Below the pieces are notes generated by a model. The model was given only the letters and a program-made list of their open reading frames with translations. It was not told the origin of the DNA and made no database searches. This document shows positions 29,376 to 38,917 of a DNA stretch of 64,000 nucleotides, in pieces. Position 1 is the stretch's first letter, and every line of letters begins with the position of its first letter. The position numbers and the translations under genes were made by a program. This DNA is from a virus, in the IMG/VR virus record IMGVR_UViG_3300027733_000034, positions 67,533 to 131,532 of that record. One strand, given 5' to 3'.

Positions 29376-29727
29376 GACAGGTTATGGTTAAAATATTATC
29401 CCAGTATTTGTTTTTAACACCTACTGAGGGATATACTTTTAAATAATTTTCTACTTCCGGTGCTAATTTTGATAGAGTCTTAATTCTATAATCAAAATAC
29501 ACTAAATTATCCTCTGAATGAGTTTCTATAGCAAACGGAATGGGAATTTCTATCTTATCTTTATCTCTTTTCAATGTATTAATGATAAAAATAAGATAAA
29601 AATTTTTCTGATAAAAAAGAATTAACTGGCCCTGTTTAAAAGTTTTATTATTTAACTCAAAAGAAACCTGTCTCTGTAGTAGAGATTTACAAGTTTCTTC
29701 TAGTGAGGGGTTTTCTGCTATTATCAT
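29368..29727 (-). CDS. Hypothetical protein
   Basis: 119-aa ORF overlapping both neighbours in an operon. Confidence 0.65.
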   Translation of the reverse strand: MIIAENPSLEETCKSLLQRQVSFELNNKTFKQGQLILFYQKNFYLIFIINTLKRDKDKIEIPIPFAIETHSEDNLVYFDYRIKTLSKLAPEVENYLKVYPSVGVKNKYWDNILTITCHE

Positions 29728-30113
29728 AAATTCATAAATGCAGCTTTTTGAGAAGCTGACATAGTCACTAGATTCTCTTTAAAGTACTCCCAAAACAATT
29801 CTGGAGGTGAAGATGGAATAACTTTAATCAATTCTATTCCCTCTGATGGAATTGCTCTCCAATTTTGCATAAAAAGATCAAACACAATGATTAATCCTTT
29901 GGATGCTGGATTGTAAGGAGCACCTTGACCAGGTGGTTTAAAATTAAAAACAGAACGTCCGATATCTGAATCTAGAATATTTGGATCTAGTGTCGCTAAC
30001 ATTCTACGAGTAGTTGGAGAATCTGGCTTGGGATTGCGTCTGTTAAATTTAAATTCTGCTACATTAGAAGTTAATAAAGAAGCTAAGCCGGAACCGGAAA
30101 TGACAGAAGACAT
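29724..30113 (-). CDS. Hypothetical protein, WYL_2/SH3-like beta-barrel
   Basis: V.EFKF....TRRMLATL...VFDL...NWRAI pattern of conserved T4-like small proteins. Confidence 0.55.
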   Translation of the reverse strand: MSSVISGSGLASLLTSNVAEFKFNRRNPKPDSPTTRRMLATLDPNILDSDIGRSVFNFKPPGQGAPYNPASKGLIIVFDLFMQNWRAIPSEGIELIKVIPSSPPELFWEYFKENLVTMSASQKAAFMNL

Positions 30114-30115
30114 AT

Positions 30116-30499
30116 TTATTCAGTTAAAGTACAAACTCCAAAAATGCGATCTTCATTTAAGAAAGCAATATTTCTTAAACCATTTAGGTTATTAACCTTT
30201 AGTCCTCGATCATTTGGAAAGATGACAAAATCTCCTACCTTAACAGTTTCACACTTAGGTCCTGCTAGTATTACTCGAGCAACTCGCCAGGTATATTCTA
30301 CAGCATTAATAGGAATCCATAAATTCCCTCTCTTAATCTCTGTACCTTCATCATTAATGTCTGCGAATTGAACCATTAAGATGTTATCTAACACTTGGGT
30401 TAGTTGCCATCCTTCTAATTCAAAACTTTTACCAGCATAGTGTTCAATTTGAACTTTTCCTCCAATGCGATCTTCTAAGTCTACGGGTCTATCAATCAT
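30116..30499 (-). CDS. groES: GroES-like co-chaperonin
   Basis: DNILMV, RGNLWIP, ARVILAGP...VKVGDFVIF, FLNEDRIFGV. Confidence 0.8.
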   Translation of the reverse strand: MIDRPVDLEDRIGGKVQIEHYAGKSFELEGWQLTQVLDNILMVQFADINDEGTEIKRGNLWIPINAVEYTWRVARVILAGPKCETVKVGDFVIFPNDRGLKVNNLNGLRNIAFLNEDRIFGVCTLTE

Positions 30500-30501
30500 A
30501 A

Positions 30502-30894
30502 TTATTTTTTGTTTAAGTGTTCCAACGCTGAATTGTATATATGCAATTCTCTTACCGAGATCTCCATATTATTAGCCAATGTTTCTATATTATCAACCTC
30601 ATCTACTTTATTTGTTTGAGTAGTTTTTTTAATATAATTTATTTTTTTACTAATACGGGGCAATAATGTTCTATAAATTTTACCAGCTAACAGTCCTTCT
30701 TTGGCTATTAATGTTTTATATGTCCAACGATTAAAAGTGACATTTACTATTTGAGCCAATGAAGGATCTATCATTGATAACCATCTATTGGTTATAAAAA
30801 TAGATGGAATATCATTTTCATCTGGTTGTACTGAATTCTTCTTAAGAATCCAATTTAAAAAAGGAAATAAATTGTCTTTGTAATTGGGTTTCAT
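30502..30894 (-). CDS. Possible clamp loader small subunit (gp62-like)
   Basis: FITNRWLSM....IVN, LLPR..K..YIKK, LANNMEIS.RE resemble gp62. Confidence 0.5.
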   Translation of the reverse strand: MKPNYKDNLFPFLNWILKKNSVQPDENDIPSIFITNRWLSMIDPSLAQIVNVTFNRWTYKTLIAKEGLLAGKIYRTLLPRISKKINYIKKTTQTNKVDEVDNIETLANNMEISVRELHIYNSALEHLNKK

Positions 30895-31484
30895 TAAATA
30901 ACTTTTGTAGTAGCAATGAAGCAATCATTTAATATCTGATCAAAAATATTTGCTACATCAAACACCAATTCTTCAACAAATTCTTCTGTCAAAAATAAAG
31001 AAAATGCAAAACTTGGAGCTTTAGACCCTGCTGAAATATTAAGTCCTAAATGACCTAATGCAACACTATCTGTAACCTTAGTAATACTCACACTGGCTTT
31101 ACCAAATTCTTCTGCATTGTTTTCACCCATGCCTTTCTTACGAAGCATTAGATCATCACCCTTAACTTCTACATCAAACAAACCATACTTGTCTGTACGA
31201 AATAGATTAGCAATTTCCTGAACAAACAAACGCTGAAAGAATACCGCTCCAATAGCATTCATATTTGGAATCTCCCAACAAAAACTCAAAGCATCATCTG
31301 AATAAATGAAATCTTCTGAAAGTTTGTCTTCTAAATCAATTAGATTGGCTTTGACATCCATGTTACCTCTGGTGGTATAAAGAACTCCAAGAGGAGAATA
31401 TTGTTTGCGATATACTTTATATCCAAAACGGCTGTGAATAAAGGAGCCGTCATAATCTGCATCTGCGTATACTATTGATCTCAT
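30894..31484 (-). CDS. DUF366-like protein (class II aaRS/biotin-lipoate ligase-like fold)
   Basis: YDGSFI, G.MDV..LIDLED, IYSDDAL.F..E, AVFFQRL, GDDL, K.SVSI, HLGLNI. Confidence 0.7.
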   Translation of the reverse strand: MRSIVYADADYDGSFIHSRFGYKVYRKQYSPLGVLYTTRGNMDVKANLIDLEDKLSEDFIYSDDALSFCWEIPNMNAIGAVFFQRLFVQEIANLFRTDKYGLFDVEVKGDDLMLRKKGMGENNAEEFGKASVSITKVTDSVALGHLGLNISAGSKAPSFAFSLFLTEEFVEELVFDVANIFDQILNDCFIATTKVI

Positions 31485-31500
31485 AGGTTAAATTTAACTG

Positions 31501-32190
31501 TTAATTGTTTTTAATCCCGTATTTTTGAATAAATCTTTGAGCACTGGTATTCCATTCTGGTGTATTCATACTATCACCCAGTCCGTGATGTACTACTCTA
31601 ATAGGCAACACTCCACATTTTACTTTTTTAGAATTACAATCTAGACAAAATGTGATATCATAATGATGGAATGTAAAATCCTCATCAAATTTGGCTCCTT
31701 TAGAAGTTGTTGCTTCTACATCTACAGCCAAAAATAATCCATCCATTACCAAGGCTCTTGAATTGGTGGGACCAAAAGAAGTTGTCCATACTCGATTTTC
31801 TGAAGTATGTGCCACTTCACCTACATGAGTAGACCAATCTGACATTAAATGCCATGCTGGTGGTTTGCTCAAATCTACAGTTGTTGCTCCAGCAAGTCCG
31901 GTAACATCATATGGAGAATTTAGAAGTTTTTCTACTAAAAAAACATCTTCTAATTCCACATCATCATGCACAAACAACAAAATATCATTTTTATGTTTGT
32001 CGTTGTATAAAAACTCATTATAAAGTTCAGGAAGACCTCTTTTGTTGTCTTTTACAACATAAAAATCAAATTCTTTGGTGCTTCTTAATATGTTTTGTTT
32101 TTCTAAGGATTTAAAAATAGGTTTTTGTTGCCATTCTTCTAATGTTTTTGCCTCCGTGGCAGAAACTACATATACTCTTTTGTTCTTCAT
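31501..32190 (-). CDS. GT-A (GT2-like) glycosyltransferase
   Basis: LPELYN, LLFVHDDV (DxD-type), GLAG, MDGLFLAV, FDEDF.FHHYD..FC, HHGLG. Confidence 0.8.
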   Translation of the reverse strand: MKNKRVYVVSATEAKTLEEWQQKPIFKSLEKQNILRSTKEFDFYVVKDNKRGLPELYNEFLYNDKHKNDILLFVHDDVELEDVFLVEKLLNSPYDVTGLAGATTVDLSKPPAWHLMSDWSTHVGEVAHTSENRVWTTSFGPTNSRALVMDGLFLAVDVEATTSKGAKFDEDFTFHHYDITFCLDCNSKKVKCGVLPIRVVHHGLGDSMNTPEWNTSAQRFIQKYGIKNN

Positions 32191-32825
32191 ATAAAATACG
32201 GGTTTGTGTAATTAAAATTGTTTATTTTTTTAAATTGATTACCTTTAAATTCAAAAATAATACCATCTTCTTCTACGTGATGAGAATCTTTAAATTGCGT
32301 AGAAGAAAAAGAATCTGAATTCATCCACAAAGAACTTCCAGCTTTAACAAGATATATGGTTTGATCCCAAACTATCCAACTAGTAAGTAATCCTTGATAG
32401 TTGGAATACGTTTCTACTATATTATAGGTCCTTATTAAATCATAAGGTATTAATTGAGTGTCTACCTCAAATCCTAAATTTTTATTAAGTTCTTCAAAAT
32501 TTGTTATAATGCCATTATGAGCTACATAACAATTATCTTCTTTAAAGGGATGGGAAGTGTTTGCAGACCAGTTAGTTTCTGTGCTATTGGTAGGAGCTCG
32601 TGAATGAAAAAGAAAATAATTGAACTCATTACGGCTTTGATTTTTTTTCCAAATTAAAGAATCTCTGTCTTTCTCTGTAAAAGGATTTTTTTGTTTGTAT
32701 ATAAAATTTGATCCTGTATTGGTATTTAATGCCAATAAACTAGATGAATAACTACCTCTAGGTAAATTAAGTTTGTAAAGATTAAAGGCTTTTTCTAGGT
32801 CTGAAGATCCTGCTATTCCACACAT
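32187..32825 (-). CDS. Class II (Ntn) glutamine amidotransferase, stand-alone
   Basis: N-terminal MCGIAG, HSRAPT, HPF, HNGIITN, VDT; directly downstream of queC. Confidence 0.88.
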   Translation of the reverse strand: MCGIAGSSDLEKAFNLYKLNLPRGSYSSSLLALNTNTGSNFIYKQKNPFTEKDRDSLIWKKNQSRNEFNYFLFHSRAPTNSTETNWSANTSHPFKEDNCYVAHNGIITNFEELNKNLGFEVDTQLIPYDLIRTYNIVETYSNYQGLLTSWIVWDQTIYLVKAGSSLWMNSDSFSSTQFKDSHHVEEDGIIFEFKGNQFKKINNFNYTNPYFI

Positions 32826-32826
32826 T

Positions 32827-33564
32827 TTATTTAATTTCTACACAATTATACTTCACCCAATCAATTTTTCTACTGTAATTAATTGGATCTATTAATTTTG
32901 CTTGAATAAATCCTGCTAAACGAGCTGAACAACTAGGACATTCACCACATGCTTGTAAGTGTTCTGTATAACAGGTGCGAGTTTTAGTAAAGTCTACTCC
33001 CAATTCTACTCCGTATTCTATAATTTCTTTCTTGGTCTTTTCTATCAAAGGAGCTTCTATTTTAATTTGATTTCTCCTATTTAAAGACAAAATGGTATTT
33101 AATCTATTACGAAAACCCGGAGTACAATCCCAAAAACCCGATGTGTCATCTGCCTTCGCCGCTCCATATAAAACTGTATCTGCATTACAACTCTCTGCCA
33201 TTCCAACTGCTAATGATAAAAATATCATATTGCGATTAGGTACATAAGCATCATTTTGAGGATCTCCAATCACCTCTTTCATTTTAGGGACCGCTATATC
33301 TGTCTGTGTCAAGGCTGATTTAAATCCAATACTTTTGAGAGGAACTTCTATTTTCTGGAATCCGATAGATTTTTGTTCTTTATCAAAAAGAGAAACAATA
33401 GTATTTGAAGCAACCGCTATTTCTGTAGCATTACGTTGACCGTAATCTATTAAAAGAGCTGTTATTTTATCATAATTTCTCATTGCATGATACAAAACCA
33501 CGGTACTATCCATACCACCACTAAATAAAACTACACAAGATTTAGGAGAATTTGAAGTATCCAT
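32827..33564 (-). CDS. queC: 7-cyano-7-deazaguanine synthase QueC
   Basis: SGGMDS, DYGQR, YVPNRNMIFLS, TCY...CGECPSC..R. Confidence 0.93.
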   Translation of the reverse strand: MDTSNSPKSCVVLFSGGMDSTVVLYHAMRNYDKITALLIDYGQRNATEIAVASNTIVSLFDKEQKSIGFQKIEVPLKSIGFKSALTQTDIAVPKMKEVIGDPQNDAYVPNRNMIFLSLAVGMAESCNADTVLYGAAKADDTSGFWDCTPGFRNRLNTILSLNRRNQIKIEAPLIEKTKKEIIEYGVELGVDFTKTRTCYTEHLQACGECPSCSARLAGFIQAKLIDPINYSRKIDWVKYNCVEIK

Positions 33565-33576
33565 GTGATAAATAAT

Positions 33577-33604
33577 ATTATAATGAAAAAATCTGGTAAG
33601 ACAA
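33577..33604 (-). promoter_or_regulatory. sigma70-type promoter TTGTCT-16-TATAAT for the queC operon
   Basis: Perfect -10 ending 12 nt before the queC ATG; plausible -35. Confidence 0.55.
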
Positions 33605-34161
33605 CAATAAAAAAGAAAAACTCCGCTTCCAAGCAAAGAATTGGTGGAGAAGTCAAACGTATTCTTAAAGCCAATATTAAAGGAGAAGAATGTGGATGTG
33701 AAGAAGGATATATTCCATTTGCCAAAAGTTTTATTACATTTTTAGTCAAAGAAGCTGATGAAGCTCCTGTGGGAGATGCAAAAACTCCGGAACAATTCAC
33801 TCCGGATCAAAATCAAAAAGATTTTGAAGGTTCATTGGAGCAGGGAACTGATGCTGGTAAATTTGATACACAAGGAACAGATCCAGCTATTACTGCAAAT
33901 GCTATTACTGCAGTTAAAGAATGGAGTGAAAAGTTGGCAGAATTTGCTAGTTTCATGAATAATCCAGATAGCCAATCTTTGCACAAAATCCTAGCTGCAG
34001 AAGACAGACCCGGTTCCCTCCTGCGTGGAGTAACTCGCAAAGCATCTGATAGTATTACGCGTATTGCTGGAGAAATTGAAAAGTTAAAAGAAGTTCTTAA
34101 CGGATTTATTATTATGGCTCCAAAGAAAGAACGAGATGCAGAACAGCTTAAAATGGGTTAG
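33583..34161 (+). CDS. Hypothetical protein (late; possible internal head protein)
   Basis: TAAATA 8 nt upstream; basic N-terminus followed by SFITFLVKEADE. Confidence 0.6.
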   Translation: MKKSGKTTIKKKNSASKQRIGGEVKRILKANIKGEECGCEEGYIPFAKSFITFLVKEADEAPVGDAKTPEQFTPDQNQKDFEGSLEQGTDAGKFDTQGTDPAITANAITAVKEWSEKLAEFASFMNNPDSQSLHKILAAEDRPGSLLRGVTRKASDSITRIAGEIEKLKEVLNGFIIMAPKKERDAEQLKMG

Positions 34162-35126
34162 ATTTGAAACAACGAATTTAAAATTAAATCATAAGGTATT
34201 TCGTCGATTCCTTCTTTTACAGCCCATTCATTGAAATCTTTAAATGGACTATCGGAAGGCCAGCGGAATACCTTTTGTTTTTGCATTAATAGCCTATGTA
34301 TCTTCTCCTTGGCTGCTTGATCTTTTTTAGGGTTATCCAATACCCAGATCTTTTCATGAAATGCAAATTCACTGAGTTGTTTTTCTTGAGTATTTGTAAG
34401 ATCCAATCCAGCCAAACATACCCCATTTTTAACAAACATGGAGTCTATAGGCCCTTCAAATATGAATATATACTCTAAATTGGTATCTATTCGATCTATG
34501 CCAAAAACTGTTTTTTCATAACCAACTTTATTAAGGTATCGAGGATCAGAACCATCTAAAGCTCTTGTTTGATAAAACGGTATCTTTCCGTTTCTGTCAT
34601 AAAACGGAATACAAAGTCTATTTTTATGAAAAAAATCTGTAAAACTAATATAAAAATTTTTACATTTATTAATAGCAGTATTAATTCGTCTCTGTTCAAT
34701 ATATTCTAAAACTTTTATAAAATCTGAATTGCTTTTATAATAATCTTGCTGTTGTTTATCATTTAAATTTATAGAATCAAATGGCAATGCGGGTTTTTCT
34801 TTACGCGTAACAGAAGCACTTCTGTTTACATCCAATTCAATTGAATTATCTCCGGTTTGAGCCTCTTGTTCAATTTCTTCCCTAGTAAGCCCGGAAGATA
34901 ATTGTATGTAAGTGAAAGCATTCCAACTTTTACCATCTCCACAATGAAAACAATAAAAAGAGTTGGTTGAAGGATAGAAAAATAATCTTCTTTTCTTCAA
35001 CCAACTCTTTCCTTCCCTACAAATATTGCAGGAAGCATTATAATTTCCGTCAAACTTTCTAAATGTAGGTTCCCCGGCGTATGTGTAAAATTTACTTAAA
35101 ACATAATGTCCAGGTAACTGCTTCAT
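34158..35126 (-). CDS. DNA primase (gp61-like)
   Basis: Zn finger CNIC...CFHC, RLCIPF, QTRAL, TOPRIM FEGPIDSMF, VLDN, KDFNE. Confidence 0.93.
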   Translation of the reverse strand: MKQLPGHYVLSKFYTYAGEPTFRKFDGNYNASCNICREGKSWLKKRRLFFYPSTNSFYCFHCGDGKSWNAFTYIQLSSGLTREEIEQEAQTGDNSIELDVNRSASVTRKEKPALPFDSINLNDKQQQDYYKSNSDFIKVLEYIEQRRINTAINKCKNFYISFTDFFHKNRLCIPFYDRNGKIPFYQTRALDGSDPRYLNKVGYEKTVFGIDRIDTNLEYIFIFEGPIDSMFVKNGVCLAGLDLTNTQEKQLSEFAFHEKIWVLDNPKKDQAAKEKIHRLLMQKQKVFRWPSDSPFKDFNEWAVKEGIDEIPYDLILNSLFQI

Positions 35127-35153
35127 TTAAGAAGTATATCTGATATTTAAAAA

Positions 35154-36083
35154 TTACTCACGACTGTTTGATTTAAAAATATCTGAATAAGCTTTCATCA
35201 TATCAAAATTCTCATATTGAGAACCGAATTCTGGTCGTTCTCCCCATTCTGAAGCGTATTTATTGATGGTATCTTCTGCTCCGTAGTCTCTTTCGTCACC
35301 TTCTCTGTCAAAGGTATCTACTTCTCCAGAACCTTCTCCTTCTTCTTGTTCTGGTTCTTTTTCTTCCACAGCGACATAACCGTCTCCTTCTTTCTTCAAT
35401 AATCCCTTAGAAGTTAATTCTTTTAATTTTGAAGTTATAAAACGTTCATCTTCTGCCTTATCGTCCTGTACAGCGGCTGCTCTGCCAGCTATATATTTGA
35501 CAATTTCTTCTTCTGTGGACGGAGTTTCTCCACCATCTTTTACATACTCAAAGACTTTCTTGGTCCAATAATCAGATAGAGGATCTTCTGGAATGTCCAT
35601 TGAAGGTTTTGAAGATTTTTCTGGTTCCTCAGAAGGTTCTTCCAGTACTTCTTCATCCCCAGAAGATTCTTCATCAGGAACAATTTCAGGAACTTCATCA
35701 GATTCAAATTCTTCTGGTTGTTCACCTTTGCCATCAGTAATTTCAGATGGTTTCTCTGGTTGGTAACCAAAGTCATAAATGGCCTGACCCAAGGTGCGGG
35801 TCCAGTATTTGGCTGCTGTGCCACCAAATCCCTTACGCTTCAAAAAGGTGTCTAATAATCTTTGTATTTCAGAATAATCTAAAGTTCTATCTCCATTATC
35901 AGTAAGAAATTCCCCCAAAAATGTCAACATTTCTGCTCCGGTATATTTTCCGGCTTGGGTGACTTTTGCCCTCCCCACGAATGATGGAGTTTTGATAGGA
36001 GACTTAGGAATACCAACTGTACCTCTTTTAGGTGCAGCCATTTCTTCTAGATAATTTTCACAAAATGTATTAAACAAACTCAT
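35154..36083 (-). CDS. Acidic hypothetical protein (possible internal head protein)
   Basis: MSLFNTFCENYLEEMA start, Glu-rich linkers, TAAATA upstream. Confidence 0.6.
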   Translation of the reverse strand: MSLFNTFCENYLEEMAAPKRGTVGIPKSPIKTPSFVGRAKVTQAGKYTGAEMLTFLGEFLTDNGDRTLDYSEIQRLLDTFLKRKGFGGTAAKYWTRTLGQAIYDFGYQPEKPSEITDGKGEQPEEFESDEVPEIVPDEESSGDEEVLEEPSEEPEKSSKPSMDIPEDPLSDYWTKKVFEYVKDGGETPSTEEEIVKYIAGRAAAVQDDKAEDERFITSKLKELTSKGLLKKEGDGYVAVEEKEPEQEEGEGSGEVDTFDREGDERDYGAEDTINKYASEWGERPEFGSQYENFDMMKAYSDIFKSNSRE

Positions 36084-36092
36084 ATATTTTAT

Positions 36093-36731
36093 TTATGGTG
36101 TCCAGAGGTCTGAAATAAGACTTTCTTCTTCGCCATATATAGTTCCTTTTTCTGTAATATACATAGATGTCAAGGCAATTCTCTGTTCTGGGCTACCATA
36201 AATTTCAATAAGAGCTGCTGAATCTCCTTTTGGAAAAATCCTGCCATCTCCTTGATGATAAGATTGTTGAAACACTTTAAAAATATTGTCAATTTCCTCT
36301 CTGTACACCGGATCTGTGTCTCGTACACCATCTTCTACAATTTTTACCGGGGATGTCTTAGAAATCGGTAAGAAAAAAACAATATCAAATAGCCTAAGAG
36401 TTTCTCTTACTAAAATTCTACTATTATCTAAAAATTTTTCAGATACCATTTCATTAAGATGTAACCAAGAAGAGTATGCAAGGTTGTCTAGAACACATCT
36501 ATCAAATATAACATTATCAGATTTAGAATATTGAGTTGCTTGGTCAACTAAAAAATCTAAGATAAGTTGTTGTGATTCTTCTGTACCAAATTTATTAATT
36601 GAAATATTCTTTTCCTTGACCAGGTCTCTATATGTTTTTTCTGGAGAAGAAAACATAGGCCATTTAACTAAAAAGTCCTTAATATAAGTGCTTTTACCAA
36701 TACATTGAGTTCCTATTACAGCTATTTTCAT
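36093..36731 (-). CDS. P-loop nucleotide kinase (AAA_28-like), paralogue of 18758..19309
   Basis: GTQCIGKST, FDRCVLDNLAY, VFFLPI, DGVRDTD. Confidence 0.8.
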   Translation of the reverse strand: MKIAVIGTQCIGKSTYIKDFLVKWPMFSSPEKTYRDLVKEKNISINKFGTEESQQLILDFLVDQATQYSKSDNVIFDRCVLDNLAYSSWLHLNEMVSEKFLDNSRILVRETLRLFDIVFFLPISKTSPVKIVEDGVRDTDPVYREEIDNIFKVFQQSYHQGDGRIFPKGDSAALIEIYGSPEQRIALTSMYITEKGTIYGEEESLISDLWTP

Positions 36732-36995
36732 TTAATTAGTTTTTAAGATTTCTGGAAAAAATTTAATTACCTCTGAAGTGGATTCTTCCCATTGTTTTTT
36801 AGTGTCTTCAAAAACAAAAATATTTTTTAAATAAACACTTTGATTTTGGTGTCTCAGAGAAAATGCTAATCCTATCATTTTTTTCATATCTTCAGCATAT
36901 CCTTCATGATTAGCATCAACACAACTAGTAAACAGTAAAGCTTCTAAAATTAACTGCAACTCTTCTTCCGTGACATTTATGGTTTTTTGAGACAT
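36732..36995 (-). CDS. Hypothetical protein
   Basis: 87-aa ORF abutting its neighbour. Confidence 0.6.
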   Translation of the reverse strand: MSQKTINVTEEELQLILEALLFTSCVDANHEGYAEDMKKMIGLAFSLRHQNQSVYLKNIFVFEDTKKQWEESTSEVIKFFPEILKTN

Positions 36996-37027
36996 GTCAC
37001 ATCATACCTTCTATAAATTAAAAATCA

Positions 37028-37759
37028 CTAAGAAATATCCACGGATAAGTCTCCGGTAGAATTTACTGCTATCATATCTGATAGTTCATCTTGAATCTTC
37101 CTAGCAGAATCTAACGCTAAAGTTAAATTACCTTCTTGACTTAAATCTAAATTAGTTAAATTATTTAACTCTTCTGGAATTTTTTTCATTTTATCTCCGA
37201 TAAATGGATCAAGTTTGGTGATATCCGCTGCTGGAGTCAGTAATGCTTTAACTATTAATTGTATTAATAGGGGTCTAGAAGCAAAATTTAATTTACCAGT
37301 TAAGTCTTCTAGATTTACCTCTATATTAGACTTGTTACCTATTTTAACTAAAGAGGAAACTAGAGGAATTATTTTTCGGCAATCCTCTTCGCTGGGCATT
37401 TCATCCTTATATCTGGATATTTCTGCAATTTTGTGGGAAATATCTTGAACTAACCCTGAATCTCCCTTTTCTTCTGCGCTGTCTTTAAAAGCTTCAACAT
37501 CAACAAAAAAAGCCGCCACCGCTAACCTAGTCAATTCTATGGTAATATGTGCATCTTCTGGTGGAAGGGCTGAAGGAGTTGTTGTTTGTTGAGCTACTTG
37601 AGGAGGCACCTCGTTAACATCAGTTGGAGCTGGAGAAGTTGCTAGATCTTCACCAATAATTTGTTTTAATAAATCATTGAATGAAGATTTCTTTAAAGAA
37701 TTTTTTGATAAAAATAAATTCTCTTGTATTAATGATTCTAAAAATTTTTGGGAACGCAT
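37028..37759 (-). CDS. Hypothetical protein (late; possible internal head protein)
   Basis: TAAGTA upstream; FLESLIQE and FNDLLKQIIGE N-terminal motifs. Confidence 0.6.
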   Translation of the reverse strand: MRSQKFLESLIQENLFLSKNSLKKSSFNDLLKQIIGEDLATSPAPTDVNEVPPQVAQQTTTPSALPPEDAHITIELTRLAVAAFFVDVEAFKDSAEEKGDSGLVQDISHKIAEISRYKDEMPSEEDCRKIIPLVSSLVKIGNKSNIEVNLEDLTGKLNFASRPLLIQLIVKALLTPAADITKLDPFIGDKMKKIPEELNNLTNLDLSQEGNLTLALDSARKIQDELSDMIAVNSTGDLSVDIS

Positions 37760-37767
37760 ACAATTAC

Positions 37768-38034
37768 TTATTGTACTTTAAGTTTTTCCATATAATGTTG
37801 ACCATTTTCTTTCATCACTTCAAAAATTTTGTATACTTTTTCTACAAAATCTGGTTGAGCTTCATCATCTATGTTAGACACATATCTATCTAGTATCAAA
37901 TACATTAAAGCTGCAACCCAGACTGGATCAAAATCATGAGCATTTGTATCTTTAATGGCTGGAAGCCATTCTTGATCTTTTTCAGAAAAAATGCGTATTA
38001 CTTGGAATAAAACTTCTTGGTTATTTTCAATCAT
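37768..38034 (-). CDS. Hypothetical protein
   Basis: 88-aa ORF in operon. Confidence 0.6.
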   Translation of the reverse strand: MIENNQEVLFQVIRIFSEKDQEWLPAIKDTNAHDFDPVWVAALMYLILDRYVSNIDDEAQPDFVEKVYKIFEVMKENGQHYMEKLKVQ

Positions 38035-38917
38035 TGGAAAGGTAATTTAAAAATTCTTGTCTATCAAAAAGGTTATCCAGATCATCATATGGACATTCAT
38101 ATAATCTTCTGCCCACCCAATCATAATCTTCAAAGTATGAGTCCACCATATGCCTAAAAGAAGGTTTAGAGGATGGTTTAATATTAACATGACACAAATG
38201 TCCAAAGACATTTGGTGAATTTGCTATCCATCCTACAGCAGCTTTCTTATTAAAAGCAGCAGCTGCGTGTTGAATGACAGAATCAATCAATATTAATTTA
38301 TCTGCTAAAAATGTGTAACAAAATAAATTGCGTAAATTGTCTGTTACTTGTGTAACATTTTCTAATTTGGGTTGATTCTCTCTGCGTACATGTAAAATTT
38401 TATTAAATTTGTCTTTAGAAGAATTAACTATATCTTGAGCTACAGAAATTGGTAAATCTCTAGCCCAAGAATAATCATAATCTTGATTATCACCCCCGCC
38501 ATTAGATTGTATAAGCATAACTGGTCCCTGTTTATTAATTATCTTTGCCGCATTATACAATTCTCTCTGAGTCAAAAATATTTTTGGAATAAGAGTTACA
38601 CTAGGAATATTAAAAGTATCACACCAAATGTCTATCAAATGTTTGGATTTATTGATAAAATCACCAGAATTATAAGGATCATGTTTTAAAATAATAGAAT
38701 CTTTATCTTTTACAAAATCATCATAAAAATATGCATACAAACCACTTTTATACACTCTGTAAATAGAAGTATTGTGTAAAAATACTTCTGGATATGGTGT
38801 AACTACTATTATTTTTCTATCAGGGTAAAAGTTTTTGATAGATTCAACCACAGCTGTAGCAAGTACACTTTTACCAGCTCCACCATCTATATGAAAAATT
38901 ACGTACTTGTTACTCAT
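38027..38917 (-). CDS. GT-B glycosyltransferase (GT9/heptosyltransferase-like)
   Basis: GGAGKSV.ATAV...IK..YP...I.V, IDSVIQHAAAAF. Confidence 0.7.
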   Translation of the reverse strand: MSNKYVIFHIDGGAGKSVLATAVVESIKNFYPDRKIIVVTPYPEVFLHNTSIYRVYKSGLYAYFYDDFVKDKDSIILKHDPYNSGDFINKSKHLIDIWCDTFNIPSVTLIPKIFLTQRELYNAAKIINKQGPVMLIQSNGGGDNQDYDYSWARDLPISVAQDIVNSSKDKFNKILHVRRENQPKLENVTQVTDNLRNLFCYTFLADKLILIDSVIQHAAAAFNKKAAVGWIANSPNVFGHLCHVNIKPSSKPSFRHMVDSYFEDYDWVGRRLYECPYDDLDNLFDRQEFLNYLSND

